Source: Octopus vulgaris (taxonomy: Eukaryota). From it: a stretch of 64,000 bases of DNA. Under the pieces are notes generated by a model, which was not told where the DNA came from, did not search any database, and worked only from the letters and a program-made list of their open reading frames with translations. The stretch is taken from contig OX597814.1 of assembly GCA_951406725.2 (NCBI GenBank), positions 36,580,001 to 36,644,000 of the forward strand, given 5' to 3'. Below, one piece after another: positions 1 to 11,195 of this stretch. Numbering within the stretch: position 1 is the first letter of the stretch; the number at the start of each line of letters is the position of its first letter. The position numbers and the translations under genes were made by a program.

Positions 1-321
1 CTGACAACAAGGTATGCTGTAAGGAAGAAAGAAAAGTTGAGAGATATGACAGGTTAGCTTGAGAAGTTAAGCACTGGTGGTCGATGAAATAGGTAGCAGT
101 AGTACCAATAATTGCCGGAGCCTTGGGAACAGTGAGTAAAAATCTCAAGAAGTACGTGGACCAAATAGGGGCTGCAATACGGATGGAGCACTTGCACAAA
201 ATAGCACTGCTTAGAGCTGCTCGAATACTCCGGAAGGTGCTCGAAAAATAAGAGGTGTTACCTTAGTTCACTGGTGGTGAACATTATAGTACATCTCCAG
301 CTTTAGAAGCTGTGCAAAGGC
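1..321 (+). mobile_element. 3' end of a degenerate R4/Dong-like REL non-LTR retrotransposon (runs off the window start)
   Basis: The frame from nt 3 reads DNKVCCKEERKVERYDRLA*EVKHWWSMK*VAVVPIIAGALGTVSKNLKKY...KIALLRAARILRKVLEK* (stop 249-251). This is the restriction-like endonuclease C-terminus, paralleling PIIVGALG...ALLGTAHILRR at 2745-2984. A short 3' UTR and (TAA)n follow. Confidence 0.8.

Positions 322-408
<87 letters not shown>
322..408. repeat. (TAA)n microsatellite / LINE tail
   Basis: Directly visible perfect AAT repeat. Confidence 0.98.
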
Positions 409-606
409 CCTTTCTACTATAGTCACAAGGACTGAAATTTGGGGGAGGGGATAGTCGATTACATCGACCCAAGTACACAATTGGTACTGAGTGTATCGAA
501 CCCGAAGGGATGAAGGGAGGAATTAGAAACTCAGAACGCAGCGGCGGACGAAATACCACAAAGCGTTTCACCCGGCGTGCTGACGATTCTGCCAGTTAGC
601 CGCCTT
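409..606 (-). mobile_element. SINE family A copy (diverged)
   Basis: Reverse complement matches the aaggcggcgagctggcagaa...cacgccggg...ttctgagtt...gggtcgatgtaatcgact pattern seen at 4391 and 22700. Confidence 0.8.
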
Positions 607-618
607 GATGATGATGAA

Positions 619-660
<42 letters not shown>

Positions 661-664
<4 letters not shown>

Positions 665-3078
665 GAAGCTGGATACTCACTCAAGCCCATCCAAACAGGA
701 GTACCACCACCCAAACAAACTCTGTGGATAAATAACATCCAAAACAAAATACAAAAAATGGGAAAGGATCTGTCGATTCTTAATGAAATCAGTAGACAAT
801 CAACGCTACTGAGCAACAAAGAAAAAACAAAAAATACTCCGCAAATACAACATCACAGAAAAAGATTTACATGAGATAAAAGAAAAACTAAAGCAAGATA
901 TCCTTGCCAAAGCACAAATGATCCGCCGGTACGAGAATCGCCAGCGCTTCTTTGAACAAAACAAAAAGTTCAACTCCAACCCCAAAAAGTTCTACCAAGA
1001 ACTTGGCAAAAATAAAATAGAAATCACTGCAGCACTAACGGCAGAAGAAGTGGAAGAATTCTGGAGAGAAATATGGTCGGCGAACGAACAACCAAAAAAA
1101 AAGCATCCCCCACACATGGATCCTCGAAACACTAGCCATTAAAAAAGTAGCATCAACAATTATAAAATTCATAGGACACTCTATGAATAAATGGCAAACA
1201 GTGCTACAGCTCCAAACAAAAGAGAGACTCATGAAAACCAAAGCCATCCCCATTAGAAGAGGAATGTTCCAGGGAGACACGCTCTCTCCACTCCTTTTCT
1301 GCTTGGCACTGTCACCTCTATCTGATATGCTAAATAGAACTGGATGCGGATATAAATGTTACGGCAAAACGATCAGCCACCTTTTATATATGGATGACCT
1401 AAAACTATACGCTGCAAATGACAAACAGCTGGAAACACTATTAAAGACAGTTCATGGATTTACCAAAGAAATAGATTTGAAATTTGGATTAGACAAATGC
1501 GCCAAAGAAACCCTGAAAGAGGAAAACTAGTTAAGAGTAGCAACATCACACTAGATAAAACCAATGAAATAAAAGAATTAGACCAAAGCCAAACTTACAA
1601 ATACTTAGGAATCCATGAACTAGATAAGACACAACACACTCAAATGAAAGAGAAAATAAAAAAGAATATTATAGACGAGTTAGATCAATACTAAAAACAG
1701 AGCTCAATGCTAAAAACAAGATAATAGGTATTAACACTTTAGCTGTCCCAGTTATAAGTTACAGCTACAATATTCTTAACTGGACACTAAATGAACTGAC
1801 CAAAATAGATAGGAAAACAAGAAAAATAATGACAGGATCTAGGATGCATCACCAAAAATCTGACATAGAAAGACTATATATAGAACGTATAGAAGGTGGT
1901 AGAGGCCTTATACAGCTGGAAAACTACTATAAAATAACCACCATAGGACTTCAAAAATATCTACTTCAGAAGGAAGGAAAACTGATACAAATAGCGGCAA
2001 AACACGGTCAAAACAAAATACTGTTCTCAGTATTTAAGGAAGCTGATAAATACAAACAAAAATCATACCACCTAACAAATATGAAGAAGAAGAAGAAGAA
2101 GAAGAAGAAGAAGAAGAAGAAGAAGAAGAAGAAGAAGAAGAAGAAGAAGAAGAAACAAAAGCTATAAAACAAATGAAATCCAAACTAAAACTAGAACAGC
2201 AACGAACTATGATAAAACGATGGCAAGAAAAGCCCCTTCATGGTAAATACTAGACTAAACTAAATGCAAAAGAAATAGACAAAGGAAAATCCCAGCAATG
2301 GTTGAGAAGCTTAGGAGAAGCAGAGACAGAGTGATTTTTAACTGCAGCACCAGATCAAAGCCTCCCCACCAGAAATTACCAAAAGCATGTAATGAAAAGA
2401 AATATAACAAGTAACTGCAGAATATGTGGAGATGGACAAGAAACAATAAATCATATTATCTCTGGCTGCCCAGTCCTGGCTAAGAAGGAATATATTCACA
2501 GACATGACAGAGTTGGAACCTACATACACTGGAAGCTATGCCAACATTATGGAATAACAACAGAAAAAAGATGGTATAGGCACACACCAGAAAAGGTCAC
2601 AGAAAACGAGAAAGCAACCATACTCTGGGATATGCTGATATACACAGATAGAGAAATTAAGGCCAACAGACCAGATATAGTTGTCAGAGATCATGAAGAA
2701 AAAAATGCTTTCTAATTGATGTATCAATACCGGCAGATGACAACGTGTCTCTAAAAGAAATAGAGAAACTTTCAAAATACAAAGACCTGGAAATAGAGGT
2801 AACCAGAATGTGGAATCTAAAAACAGAAACAATCCCTATCATAGTAGGTGCATTAGGCATGATAAAAAAATATTCAGACAAATACATAACAAAAACACCA
2901 GGACTTACAAACACATATAACATACAGAAAATTGCACTACTAGGCACTGCACACATCCTACGCAGAACACTTTCCATACAATAACCATCAGAGCATCACA
3001 ACAAATCACAGCACATACCCAAGGTACACAGAGCTGCGCTCGGTAGTGAAGTGAAAGCACGCTATAAAAATAAAACTA

Positions 3079-3082
<4 letters not shown>
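661..3082 (+). mobile_element. R4/Dong-clade non-LTR retrotransposon, 5'-truncated, internally deleted and frameshifted (RT + CCHC + restriction-like endonuclease)
   Basis: RT motifs RGMFQGDTLSPLLFCLAL, HLLYMDDLKLY, FGLDKC, YKYLG, and GGRGL; zinc knuckle CRICGDGQETINHIISGC; RHD; REL motifs RPDIVVRD and KLSKYKDL. Stop at about 2984, then a ~100 nt 3' UTR. (TAA)n arrays on both sides (618-660, 3083-3162). Confidence 0.93.
2083..2154 (+). repeat. (GAA)~24 inside the Dong ORF
   Basis: Visible repeat. It reads as poly-Glu in the frame KYEEE...ETKAIKQMK...RWQEKPLHGKY. Confidence 0.95.
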
Positions 3083-3160
<78 letters not shown>

Positions 3161-3162
3161 TT

Positions 3163-3469
3163 AATTGTTATTTTGGGTTCCCTAGTTATGATAATAAAGG
3201 GATGTCAAAAAACATCTAGATAATACCTCAGGAGAACGTATCCAAAAGACTGCTGACAAGTACTGCCCACATCCTTAGAAAAACATCATCAGTTTAAATG
3301 TCTGTGTTGTATTACATAAAAATAATCGCTACTGCCTCTGCCACTTCCCCTCCACAAGCTTTCAGTCAAACTATAACATCTCTTATCCTTCACTCGCTCT
3401 AGGACGCTGAGTGTGTCTCGCCAGTAATTGTAGCAAACATGTTGATTTAAAGTAAATAATAATAATAAT
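3163..3469 (+). mobile_element. Third, older R4/Dong-like 3' end
   Basis: Frameshifted remnant with LGSLVMI...IQKT...STAHILRKTSSV*, then a UTR and a short TAA tail. Confidence 0.6.
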
Positions 3470-3478
3470 CATATTAAA

Positions 3479-3652
3479 GCTTTCTACTAAAGGCACAAGG
3501 CCTGAATATGTTTTTGTGGTGGGGTAAGTGGATTACATCGACCTTAGTGATTCACTGGTACTTAATTTATCGACCCCGAAAGGATAAAAGGTAAAGTCGA
3601 CTTCGGCGGAATTTGAACTAAGAACGTAACAGTAGACGAAATACCGCTAAGC
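3479..3652 (-). mobile_element. SINE family A copy
   Basis: Contains actggtacttaatttatcgaccccgaaaggataaaaggtaaagtcgac...atttgaact, the reverse complement of the family A core. Confidence 0.8.
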
Positions 3653-4389
3653 CGATCTCAGCAGAATTAAGAATGAGAACCAAAAGAAAATGCCGCTAAA
3701 GATTACGTCTGCTTCTCAAGCAATTTAGCCGACTCGATAATATTTATCAAATATTTCGTCGTATATGTTCGGCTAGGTCAAAGCTTTTTTTTTTATTCCT
3801 TCTGTCAATAGTCGTTTGTTGATTATCCATTATGTCTCGAAGAAGAAAAACAATAAAAAAAACTGTAAATCCTTTTAGTCGATGTCTCGTTAGAATGTAT
3901 CTCACCTTAACATGTATCTTGATTCTATCAATTTACATCCTTACATCCTTTTATTGTATAACATCGCCTCAGACTTCATACAATCTAGGTAGACATTCTA
4001 CCTTCACCTATGTTGTTAGAGAAAACATGGCTGAATGCCGAGTGATCTGAAATAAAAGATAACCACATTTAAAAAACACAATCACATCAGAATCGTAAAT
4101 GTGTATGCAGCTGGTGTCAGCCTTAAAGCTACACAAATAAAATACAATAAAGAAAAACATACTCAATTTCGGTAATTATAATTTCTAACATGTAAAGAAG
4201 GTTTTGTATACATAAATGCATCAATATTTTTATGCCAGTGAAGTGCCTGATTTAACTTGAAGATTATTTCATAAACGAAATCCTTAGACGGTTGCATTAT
4301 CGCTCGTTAATAGGGTTGTTTAGTAGCAAGTTGTTTCTATCAAAATATCTCGAGCAATTTCAGAAGTGCAAACTATATAAAATAATAAA

Positions 4390-4993
4390 TAAGGCGGCGA
4401 GCTGGCAGAAACGTTAACACGCCGGGCGAAATGCGTAGCCGCATTTCGTCTGCCGCTACGTTCTGAGTTCAAATTCCACCGAGGTCGACTTTGCCTTTCA
4501 TCCTTTCGGGATCGATAAATTAAGTACCAGTTACGCACTGGGGTCGATGTAATCGACTTAATACCTATGTCTGTCCTTGTTTGTCCCCTCTGTGTTTAGC
4601 CCCTTGTGGGTAATAAAGAAATACGTATTTTGTCTGCCGCTACGTTCTGAGTTCAAATTCCGCCGAGGTCGACTTTGCCTTTCATCCTTTCGGGATCGAT
4701 AAATTAAGTATCAGTTACGCACTGGGGTCGATATAATCGACTTAATCCGTTTGTCTGTCCTTGTTTGTCCCCTCTGTGTTTAGCCCCTTGTGGGTAATAA
4801 AGAAATACGTATTTCGTCTGCCGCTACGTTCTGAGTTCAAATTCCGCCGAGGTCGACTTTGCCTTTCATCCTTTCGGGATCGATAAATTAAGTACCAGTT
4901 ACGCACTGGAGGGTCGATGTAATCGACTTAATCCGTTTGTCTGTCCTTGTTTGTCCTCTCTGTGTTTAGCCCCTTGTGGGTAGTAAAGAAATA
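4390..4993 (+). mobile_element. SINE family A with tandemly triplicated body
   Basis: One tRNA-like head (ggcggcgagctggcagaa; B-box-like gttcaaattcc) followed by three ~185 bp near-identical body units. Flanking direct repeat tatataaaataata at 4374-4387 and 4994-5007. Confidence 0.9.
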
Positions 4994-5636
4994 TATATAA
5001 AATAATAATAGATGAAGTAGTGAAAAAATCTGTCTCTAGACTAACCTTAATTCGCAATAAGGAAAAAAGATGATAGTCGTGTTGGGGATGGAAAAAGTAA
5101 CTAGGTATTTTAGTAACAGTTTCATTGCGCTAATTTGAGTAGACGATGCGTTCTGAGGAAGCTTTGGTATAATGGTTAACACAGTCGCGTGAATTACTAT
5201 AGATGTATGACTCGAAATCCAAGGGCAGGTCTGTGCGCATTATTCCCTAGAAGGTGTCCAGTGAATTTCAAATTGTTATAACGGAATGTCTTCATTGTCT
5301 ATTTATTACACATGATTAGTATGTTGGGTAGGGATGGGTGTGCTTAAGTTATTCTGCTAAAGAATTTCTGATCTGAAAAATAATTTAGATGTCAGTATAT
5401 TTTAAAATATGTATACTCATTTATATTGTCGAGAAACATATTCCTGGTTATGGCATATAATCAGTAAGAAAGTTACCAATAGTTTCGCACTTATAGCACT
5501 TGCCAGTATTGACAATTCTTCAGAGAAGTTGGCGGGAGGCGCATCGCATGATTTTTTGCTGGAAACGAATATAAAAGCCTAGTTCACTCGGTGATGATAA
5601 AATGTGGAGCGAAACGATAACGGTAATGAAGTCATA

Positions 5637-6026
5637 GTGGAGGCGCAATGGCCCAGTGGTTAGGGCAGCGGACTCGCGGTCGTAGGATCGCGGTTTCGAT
5701 TCCCAGACCGGGCGTTGTGAGTGTTTATTGAGCGAAAACACCTAAAAGCTTTACGAGGCTCCGGCAGGGATGGTGGTGATCCCTGCTGTACTCTTTCACC
5801 ACAACTTTCTCTCACTCTTACTTCCTGTTTCTGTTGCACCTGTATTTTCAAAGGGCCGGCCTTGTCACTCTCTGTGTCACGCTGAATATCCCCGAGAACT
5901 ACGTTAAGGGTACACGTGTCTGTGGAGCGCTCAGCCACTTACACGTTAATTTCACGAGCAGGCTGTTCCGTTGATTCGGATCAACCGGAACCCTCGTCGT
6001 CGTAACCGACGGAGTGCTTCCATCCG
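5637..6026 (+). mobile_element. SINE family B (tRNA-Arg-like head), full length
   Basis: A box tggcccagtgg, anticodon-like gacTCGcgg, B box gtttcgattcc. 11-bp TSD atgaagtcata at 5626-5636 and 6027-6037. Further copies at ~18940 and ~59018. Confidence 0.9.
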
Positions 6027-6328
6027 ATGAAGTCATAACAGTTGCCGACGGTTGGGTAAGAAGAGTTGCTGCTCACAGTACGATGCCAGCTGTGGCTGAA
6101 GGGGGTCAGCTGCGGTTGCGTAATGATTACTATTCTCTACTTCGAAAAAAGAAGAGGACTACGCTGCTGAAACGAATTTTATATTATGAAATCATCGATC
6201 AAAATTTTTTTTTTTTTAGTTCATAGCCACGAATATACTACTCGACGTCATAAAAGTATAACCGCTCAGTTTCACTTTCAAAATATCTTTTTTTCTAACT
6301 TAGGGATAACAAACCAATAATACCCCAC

Positions 6329-6330
6329 AC

Positions 6331-6399
<69 letters not shown>

Positions 6400-6452
6400 C
6401 CTGTCAACCTGTCTGTCTGCCTCCCTGTCTATCTGTCTGTCTGCCTGTCTGC

Positions 6453-6539
<87 letters not shown>

Positions 6540-6660
6540 CTTAGCTGTCTACTTATCTGACTGCTTATCTATTTGTCTATCTATCTAATCTCTCTATCTG
6601 TCTGTCTGTCTGTCTATCTATATATCTATCTATCTATCTATCTATCTACCTATCTATCTA
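6329..6660. repeat. Compound (TATC)n/(TGTC)n microsatellite
   Basis: Directly visible. Confidence 0.95.
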
Positions 6661-7227
6661 ACAATCTTTCTCTTCCTTTTGCTCCCTCTCTCCCCTCTCC
6701 CACACTCTCTCTATATACATTAACATGAAATGGATAAAACGGTGGTGCCCCAGCATGACCGCAGCTTTAAGGATGAAACAACTTAAAGAATATATATATA
6801 CGTGTAATTATATAAATATACTTAAGTGTATGTGCGCGCACTTGTGTGTGTATGTGTGTAATTAACTCTAATTGGAAATCTAACGTATGGAAGCCAAAGA
6901 GAAATTATATTTATAATCTAATATAATGGCTGAGAATCTGATGTAAAACTATATAAGTTAGGCGATAAAATAAATTTTTATATATTTGGAATTATTTAAG
7001 GTTTCATTATTTATATATTAATGATTTCTGTTTTAAAGGATGAATCTTAAAAGATATCTGTAGCCTATCAATAATTTAGAGAAACACATTCCGGGTATTA
7101 CAGATTAAAATCTAATTCTATCAACATGGCTTCAAATCAAATCATGTTTATAATAGAAAGCGCATCGTATATGTCACTGAATGTTCCAATTGATATGCAA
7201 ATAATTGGTGGGTATGTATACATGCGA

Positions 7228-7272
<45 letters not shown>

Positions 7273-7318
7273 CACATGCATGCATACATATCCATACATA
7301 CATATATATATATATATA

Positions 7319-8590
7319 CACGAGGGGCGTTCAGTAAGTAATGCCTCTGACCCACTTGCCTTTGTTTGATCTAGCTGAAATTTTGCATGTGCAATTATTA
7401 ATATCTCTATAGATTAGGTGGTAAATTACAGCTCTGAACTAATTGTGGTTTCTGATTTACAGGTGTTTGAAATGAGTCAAGTGGGAAATGGAGCATGTTG
7501 AGTGTCGAGCAGTGATCCGGTTTTGTATTTGAAATGACGCACACCACAGGAGACTTTTAATGAAATGAAAGTAACTTATGGTGATGATGCCCCATCATAT
7601 GACCTTGTAAAACGCTGGCATCGTGTATTCAAACATGGTCGGAACTCTGTGGAAACAGCTCCCAGATCTGGTCGCACCCCTTCTGCCATTGATGAGGTAT
7701 CTGTCCGTCAAGTTGAGGCTGCCATTTTGGAAGATCGACGCATAACTATTCGCCAAATAGCCCATGAGGTCAAGATTAGTACCGGGTCTGTGGAAACTAT
7801 CATTCATGACCATTTGCATATGCAAAAGGTGTCTGCCAGATGGATTTCCAGGTTGCTCACACTTTTCCAGAAGCAAGAATTTAGGGATGTGCCAAGAAGA
7901 TGAGTCAAAATTTTTCAAAAGACTGATTACACAGGATGAGACCTGGGTCCATCACTATGATCCAGAGACCAAAGCCCAGTCAATGCAGTGGAAGCACCAT
8001 GACTCACCTCCTCCAAAGAAGGCAAGAGTGCAGCCCTCCGCTGGCAAGGTCATGCTCACAGTCTTCTGGGACCAGGACGGAGTAGTGATGACAGATTTCC
8101 TGGCAAAGGGTACCACAATTACAGGAGCCTATCATGTTTCACTTTTGAGGAAATTAAGAGAAGTTATCGAAACCAAGAGGCGGGGCAAGATCAGCAAAGG
8201 CATCCTCCTCCTACAGGACAACGCTCCGGTCCACAACTCGCGTGTCGCCAGATCAGAAGCACAGGCGTGCGGCTATGAACTCTTCCCCCATCCCCCTACT
8301 CTCCTGACCTTGCACCCTCTGATTTTCACCTCTTCCCAGCCATGAAGTTGTTTTTGAAAGGAAAGCGTTTCCCAGATGATGCAGCCTTGATTTCTGAAGT
8401 CACGTCGTGATTGGAGGACCAAGCTGGGGTCTTCTACGAAAACGGTCTCCACAACTGCATCAAACGATGGGAGAAATGTGTACCTCTGGGTTGTTCCTAT
8501 GTAGAAAAAGAGTAATACCTGTGCCAAATTTCGTTGCTCTACTGCTATGGGAAGTGGGTCAGGGGCATTACATATTGAACGCCCCTCGTA
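7319..8590 (+). mobile_element. Full-length defective mariner (D,D34D type) in a TA microsatellite
   Basis: TIRs cgaggggcgttcagtaagtaatgcctctgacccactt (7321-) and aagtgggtcaggggcattacatattgaacgcccctcg (-8588), with TA-repeat flanks. Frameshifted transposase ~7488-8515 with KVSARWISRLLT, TQDETWVHHYDPE, LLQDNAPVH and a shifted YSPDLAPSDF. Confidence 0.95.
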
Positions 8591-8618
8591 TATATATATA
8601 TATATATATATATACATT

Positions 8619-8830
8619 TATGTAGTTAATCCAAACATGAAAACACGAAGACGTGTTTCTTTTACGCGAGGACGTGGAACAAATATAGTATTATTGGACG
8701 CTCAGGTAAGAAGGAAAGAAGGAGGGTTTAACGTTTCGAGCGGAGCTCTTCGTCAGAAACATAGGAAAAGGAAAGATCCAAAGAAGGGAAGACGGAGGAA
8801 CAAAATCGCCAACGGTAGACACGCGGTCAC
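8619..8830 (-). mobile_element. Short hammerhead-bearing repeat (Penelope pLTR-like or retrozyme-like), copy 1
   Basis: ~210 bp unit between TA tracts, homologous to 42434-42657 and 36655-36812 (aatccaaac...acgtggaacaa...gcgctcagg...acgtttcgagcggagctcttcgtcagaaac). Confidence 0.7.
8726..8760 (-). ncRNA. Minimal type I hammerhead ribozyme motif
   Basis: Minus strand reads GUUU CUGACGA A GAGC UCC GCUC GAAA C GU U AAAC: both core boxes, 4-bp stem I, 4-bp stem II and a palindromic (ACGU) stem III. Confidence 0.7.
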
Positions 8831-8855
8831 ATATATATATATGTATATATATATA

Positions 8856-9017
8856 AGCGCAGGAATAGCTGTGTGGTAAGTAGCTTGCTTACCAACCACA
8901 TGGTTCCGGGTTCAAACCCACTGCGTGGCACCTTGGCCAAGTGTCTTCTACTATAGCCTCGGGCAGACCGAAGCCTTGTGAGTGGGTTTGGTAGATGGAA
9001 AGGGAAAGAAGCCCGTC

Positions 9018-9069
<52 letters not shown>

Positions 9070-9270
9070 GTATGTAAGTACATATTTGTGTGTCTGAATT
9101 TCTCCCCCCCCCACCCAACATCGCTTGACAATAGATGCTGGTGTGTTTACGTCCTCGTCACTTAGCGGTTCGGCAAGAAAGAGCGATATAACAAGTCCTG
9201 GGTCGATTTGCTCGATTAAAGGCGGTGCTCCAGCATGACCGCAGACAACTGACTGAAGCAAATAAAATAA
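8856..9270 (+). mobile_element. SINE family C (tRNA head, CORE-like segment, internal TA microsatellite)
   Basis: gctgtgtggtaag...gggttcaaacccac, then ggcaccttggccaagtgtctt, an internal (TA)n and the tail ggcggtgctccagcatgaccgcag. Copies at ~19762, ~41294 and ~49791. Confidence 0.85.
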
Positions 9271-9271
9271 T

Positions 9272-9315
<44 letters not shown>

Positions 9316-9317
<2 letters not shown>

Positions 9318-9510
9318 TGTTTGGATTTGGTTTGCAAGATTCTTTATGTGAGTTCATGTGTTGAAGCATATTTTGTTGTGTATGGGTAGAGTCATTCTCC
9401 TTTAGTGTCTTATTATTTAACACACACACCGGTAAAGTTTCCGCTTATTTACTTATTTATTTTTCTTAAAAGTTTCGTTGCATCTTGCAACCTTTTCAAT
9501 AGTCGTTGAC
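9316..9510 (-). mobile_element. Probable second pLTR-like repeat with a degenerate hammerhead
   Basis: Abuts (TA)n. Minus strand UUGAAAAG GUUGCA AGA UGCAAC GAAAC at 9472-9499 has a perfect 6-bp hairpin ahead of GAAAC. Confidence 0.4.
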
Positions 9511-9514
9511 TCTG

Positions 9515-9994
9515 TGCGTTATCCGAGGTGCGTTCTTTTTGTTTGTTTGTGCGCATGTGTGTGTACTTAATGTATGTACCTGTGTATGCATGTAAGTGTG
9601 TGTATGCATGTATGTATGTGTATGTGCGTATATATATATGTATGTACGTTTGTATATATGTATTCTGCATATTCATATGTTTGTGTGTTTTATGTGTGTG
9701 TGTACTACCGTCTCCTTGTCAGTGTATATGGGCTTTTGTGACTACGTACTGTGTCTGTACGTAAGAATGTGTATCGCCATATTTGTGGATGTGTGTCTCC
9801 ATACATGTCCTTGTGTAAAGTGAAGTGTGTGTGCATATGATCATGTGTTTCAGTCTTCATTTGCGTATGTGTGTGTATTGTGTGTATATGTGTGCTGCTC
9901 TGTTCATATTACCTATGTACCTATCCGTTTGTATGCCTATCTGTTTACATTTATATCCATTTGCCTACATACATGTGCATATACATATACGTAT

Positions 9995-10025
<31 letters not shown>

Positions 10026-10040
10026 CATACATCTACATAA
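9515..10040. repeat. Degenerate (TG/TA/TATG)n low-complexity tract
   Basis: Visible; it produces the spurious C/V/Y/M-rich ORFs. Confidence 0.9.
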
Positions 10041-10139
10041 CAGCCCACTAACTATTATACCTGTATATAAATTTAAACTGCGGGTATGGGGGTATGATAC
10101 GTATGTTTCTTGTTTAGTACTACGTATATTTCCTATTTA

Positions 10140-10850
10140 GTACTGGAGATGGTTCATCTATGAGGACGTACTCATGTATTTGTTTGAGGGTTGGGTCCCT
10201 TTGGGTACTTGGATAAAATGCGGATGTCAAGTTGACCCATGTTGTCTCCATGTAAGTCCTTGGCATGTTGGTAGACTACGGAGGACTGTTTTATGTCGTC
10301 ATTCTGTCTCAAATGTTCATGTAGTCTTTCCGCAATGTTCCTAGAGGTGTCTCCTTTATGTATATCCTGTTCATGTCTTTGTAAGCACCTTCTATGCATC
10401 TTATGCTGTAGACTATATTTCTAGTTCTACAGTCAATGCCAGGGCTAATTCTACATACAATGCAGTTATCATAGGTGTATATGGTATTCTCAAAGGTCTT
10501 ACATAGTTGTTATCTGATGAAGTTTCCTGGCTTTTCAACAATCTTAATGTTGAGTTTGGTCTCCTTTAGAGCTTTCCTAAATCTACGGGCTAGTTCTCCA
10601 TGGTCTGTGGCCTCCACAAATATCGCTCCTTGATATTTGTCGGTTTTATACCACTTGTTCACCCTGTTTGCTTTGTCACGATCTCTTTGTGTTATATTCC
10701 AGTCGTTGCTTCTATATCTAGGGTAGGTACCACTGGTTTCATTACATATAATGTTATCTAACTTCTTTCTAGCACCTCTGTATACTCGAACCCTATCTTT
10801 CTGATCATATCCAGAGAATTGCATGCGATGCATGAAGTTCTGTACATTTA
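10140..10850 (-). mobile_element. Penelope-like element fragment (post-RT linker + GIY-YIG endonuclease)
   Basis: NFMHRMQFSGY...AIFVEATDHGELARR...IKIVEKPG, then a Cys-containing linker and KGDTSRNIAERLHEH...SSVVYQHAKDLH, matching the GIY-YIG GETSR..R..EH pattern. Frameshifted. Confidence 0.75.
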
Positions 10851-10984
10851 TCTCCCCGTCAGCGATATATAAAATCACATGTATCTCCCCGTCAGCGATA
10901 AAATAACAATGCCATAACAAGCGCTGGTGTCGTGAGTAGTCAGTGAGTTTGTTAAAAAAAATATATTACATACACACACACATC

Positions 10985-11195
10985 AGTGTGTGTTTGTGTA
11001 TGTATGTGTTCACTGCTTGACAACCGGTGTTGGTTTGTTTACGCTCTCGCAAATTAGTTGTTCAACAAGAGAGACTGATAGAATAAGTAACAGGCTTAGC
11101 TTAAAAGATAAGTACTAGCGTCGATTTGTTCAACTAAACTCTTCAAGACACCAGCATGGCTGCAGGCAGATGATTGAAACATATAAATGAAAAAT
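10985..11195 (+). mobile_element. SINE family C 3' half
   Basis: gcttgacaaccggtgttggtttgtttacg...gatagaataagta...ccagcatggctgcag matches the family C tail. Confidence 0.7.

Noticed and set aside
268-874. Poly-I/Y/N ORFs here and the many YI, CV, SL, ER and R-run ORFs elsewhere
   Set aside because: They are translations of microsatellites.
4390-4993. Regular repeats suggesting a CRISPR-like array
   Set aside because: The units are contiguous SINE bodies with no unique spacers, in a eukaryotic context.
5637-5712. tRNA-Arg gene
   Set aside because: It is the head of a SINE with a TSD, lacks a good acceptor stem, and recurs with the same body.
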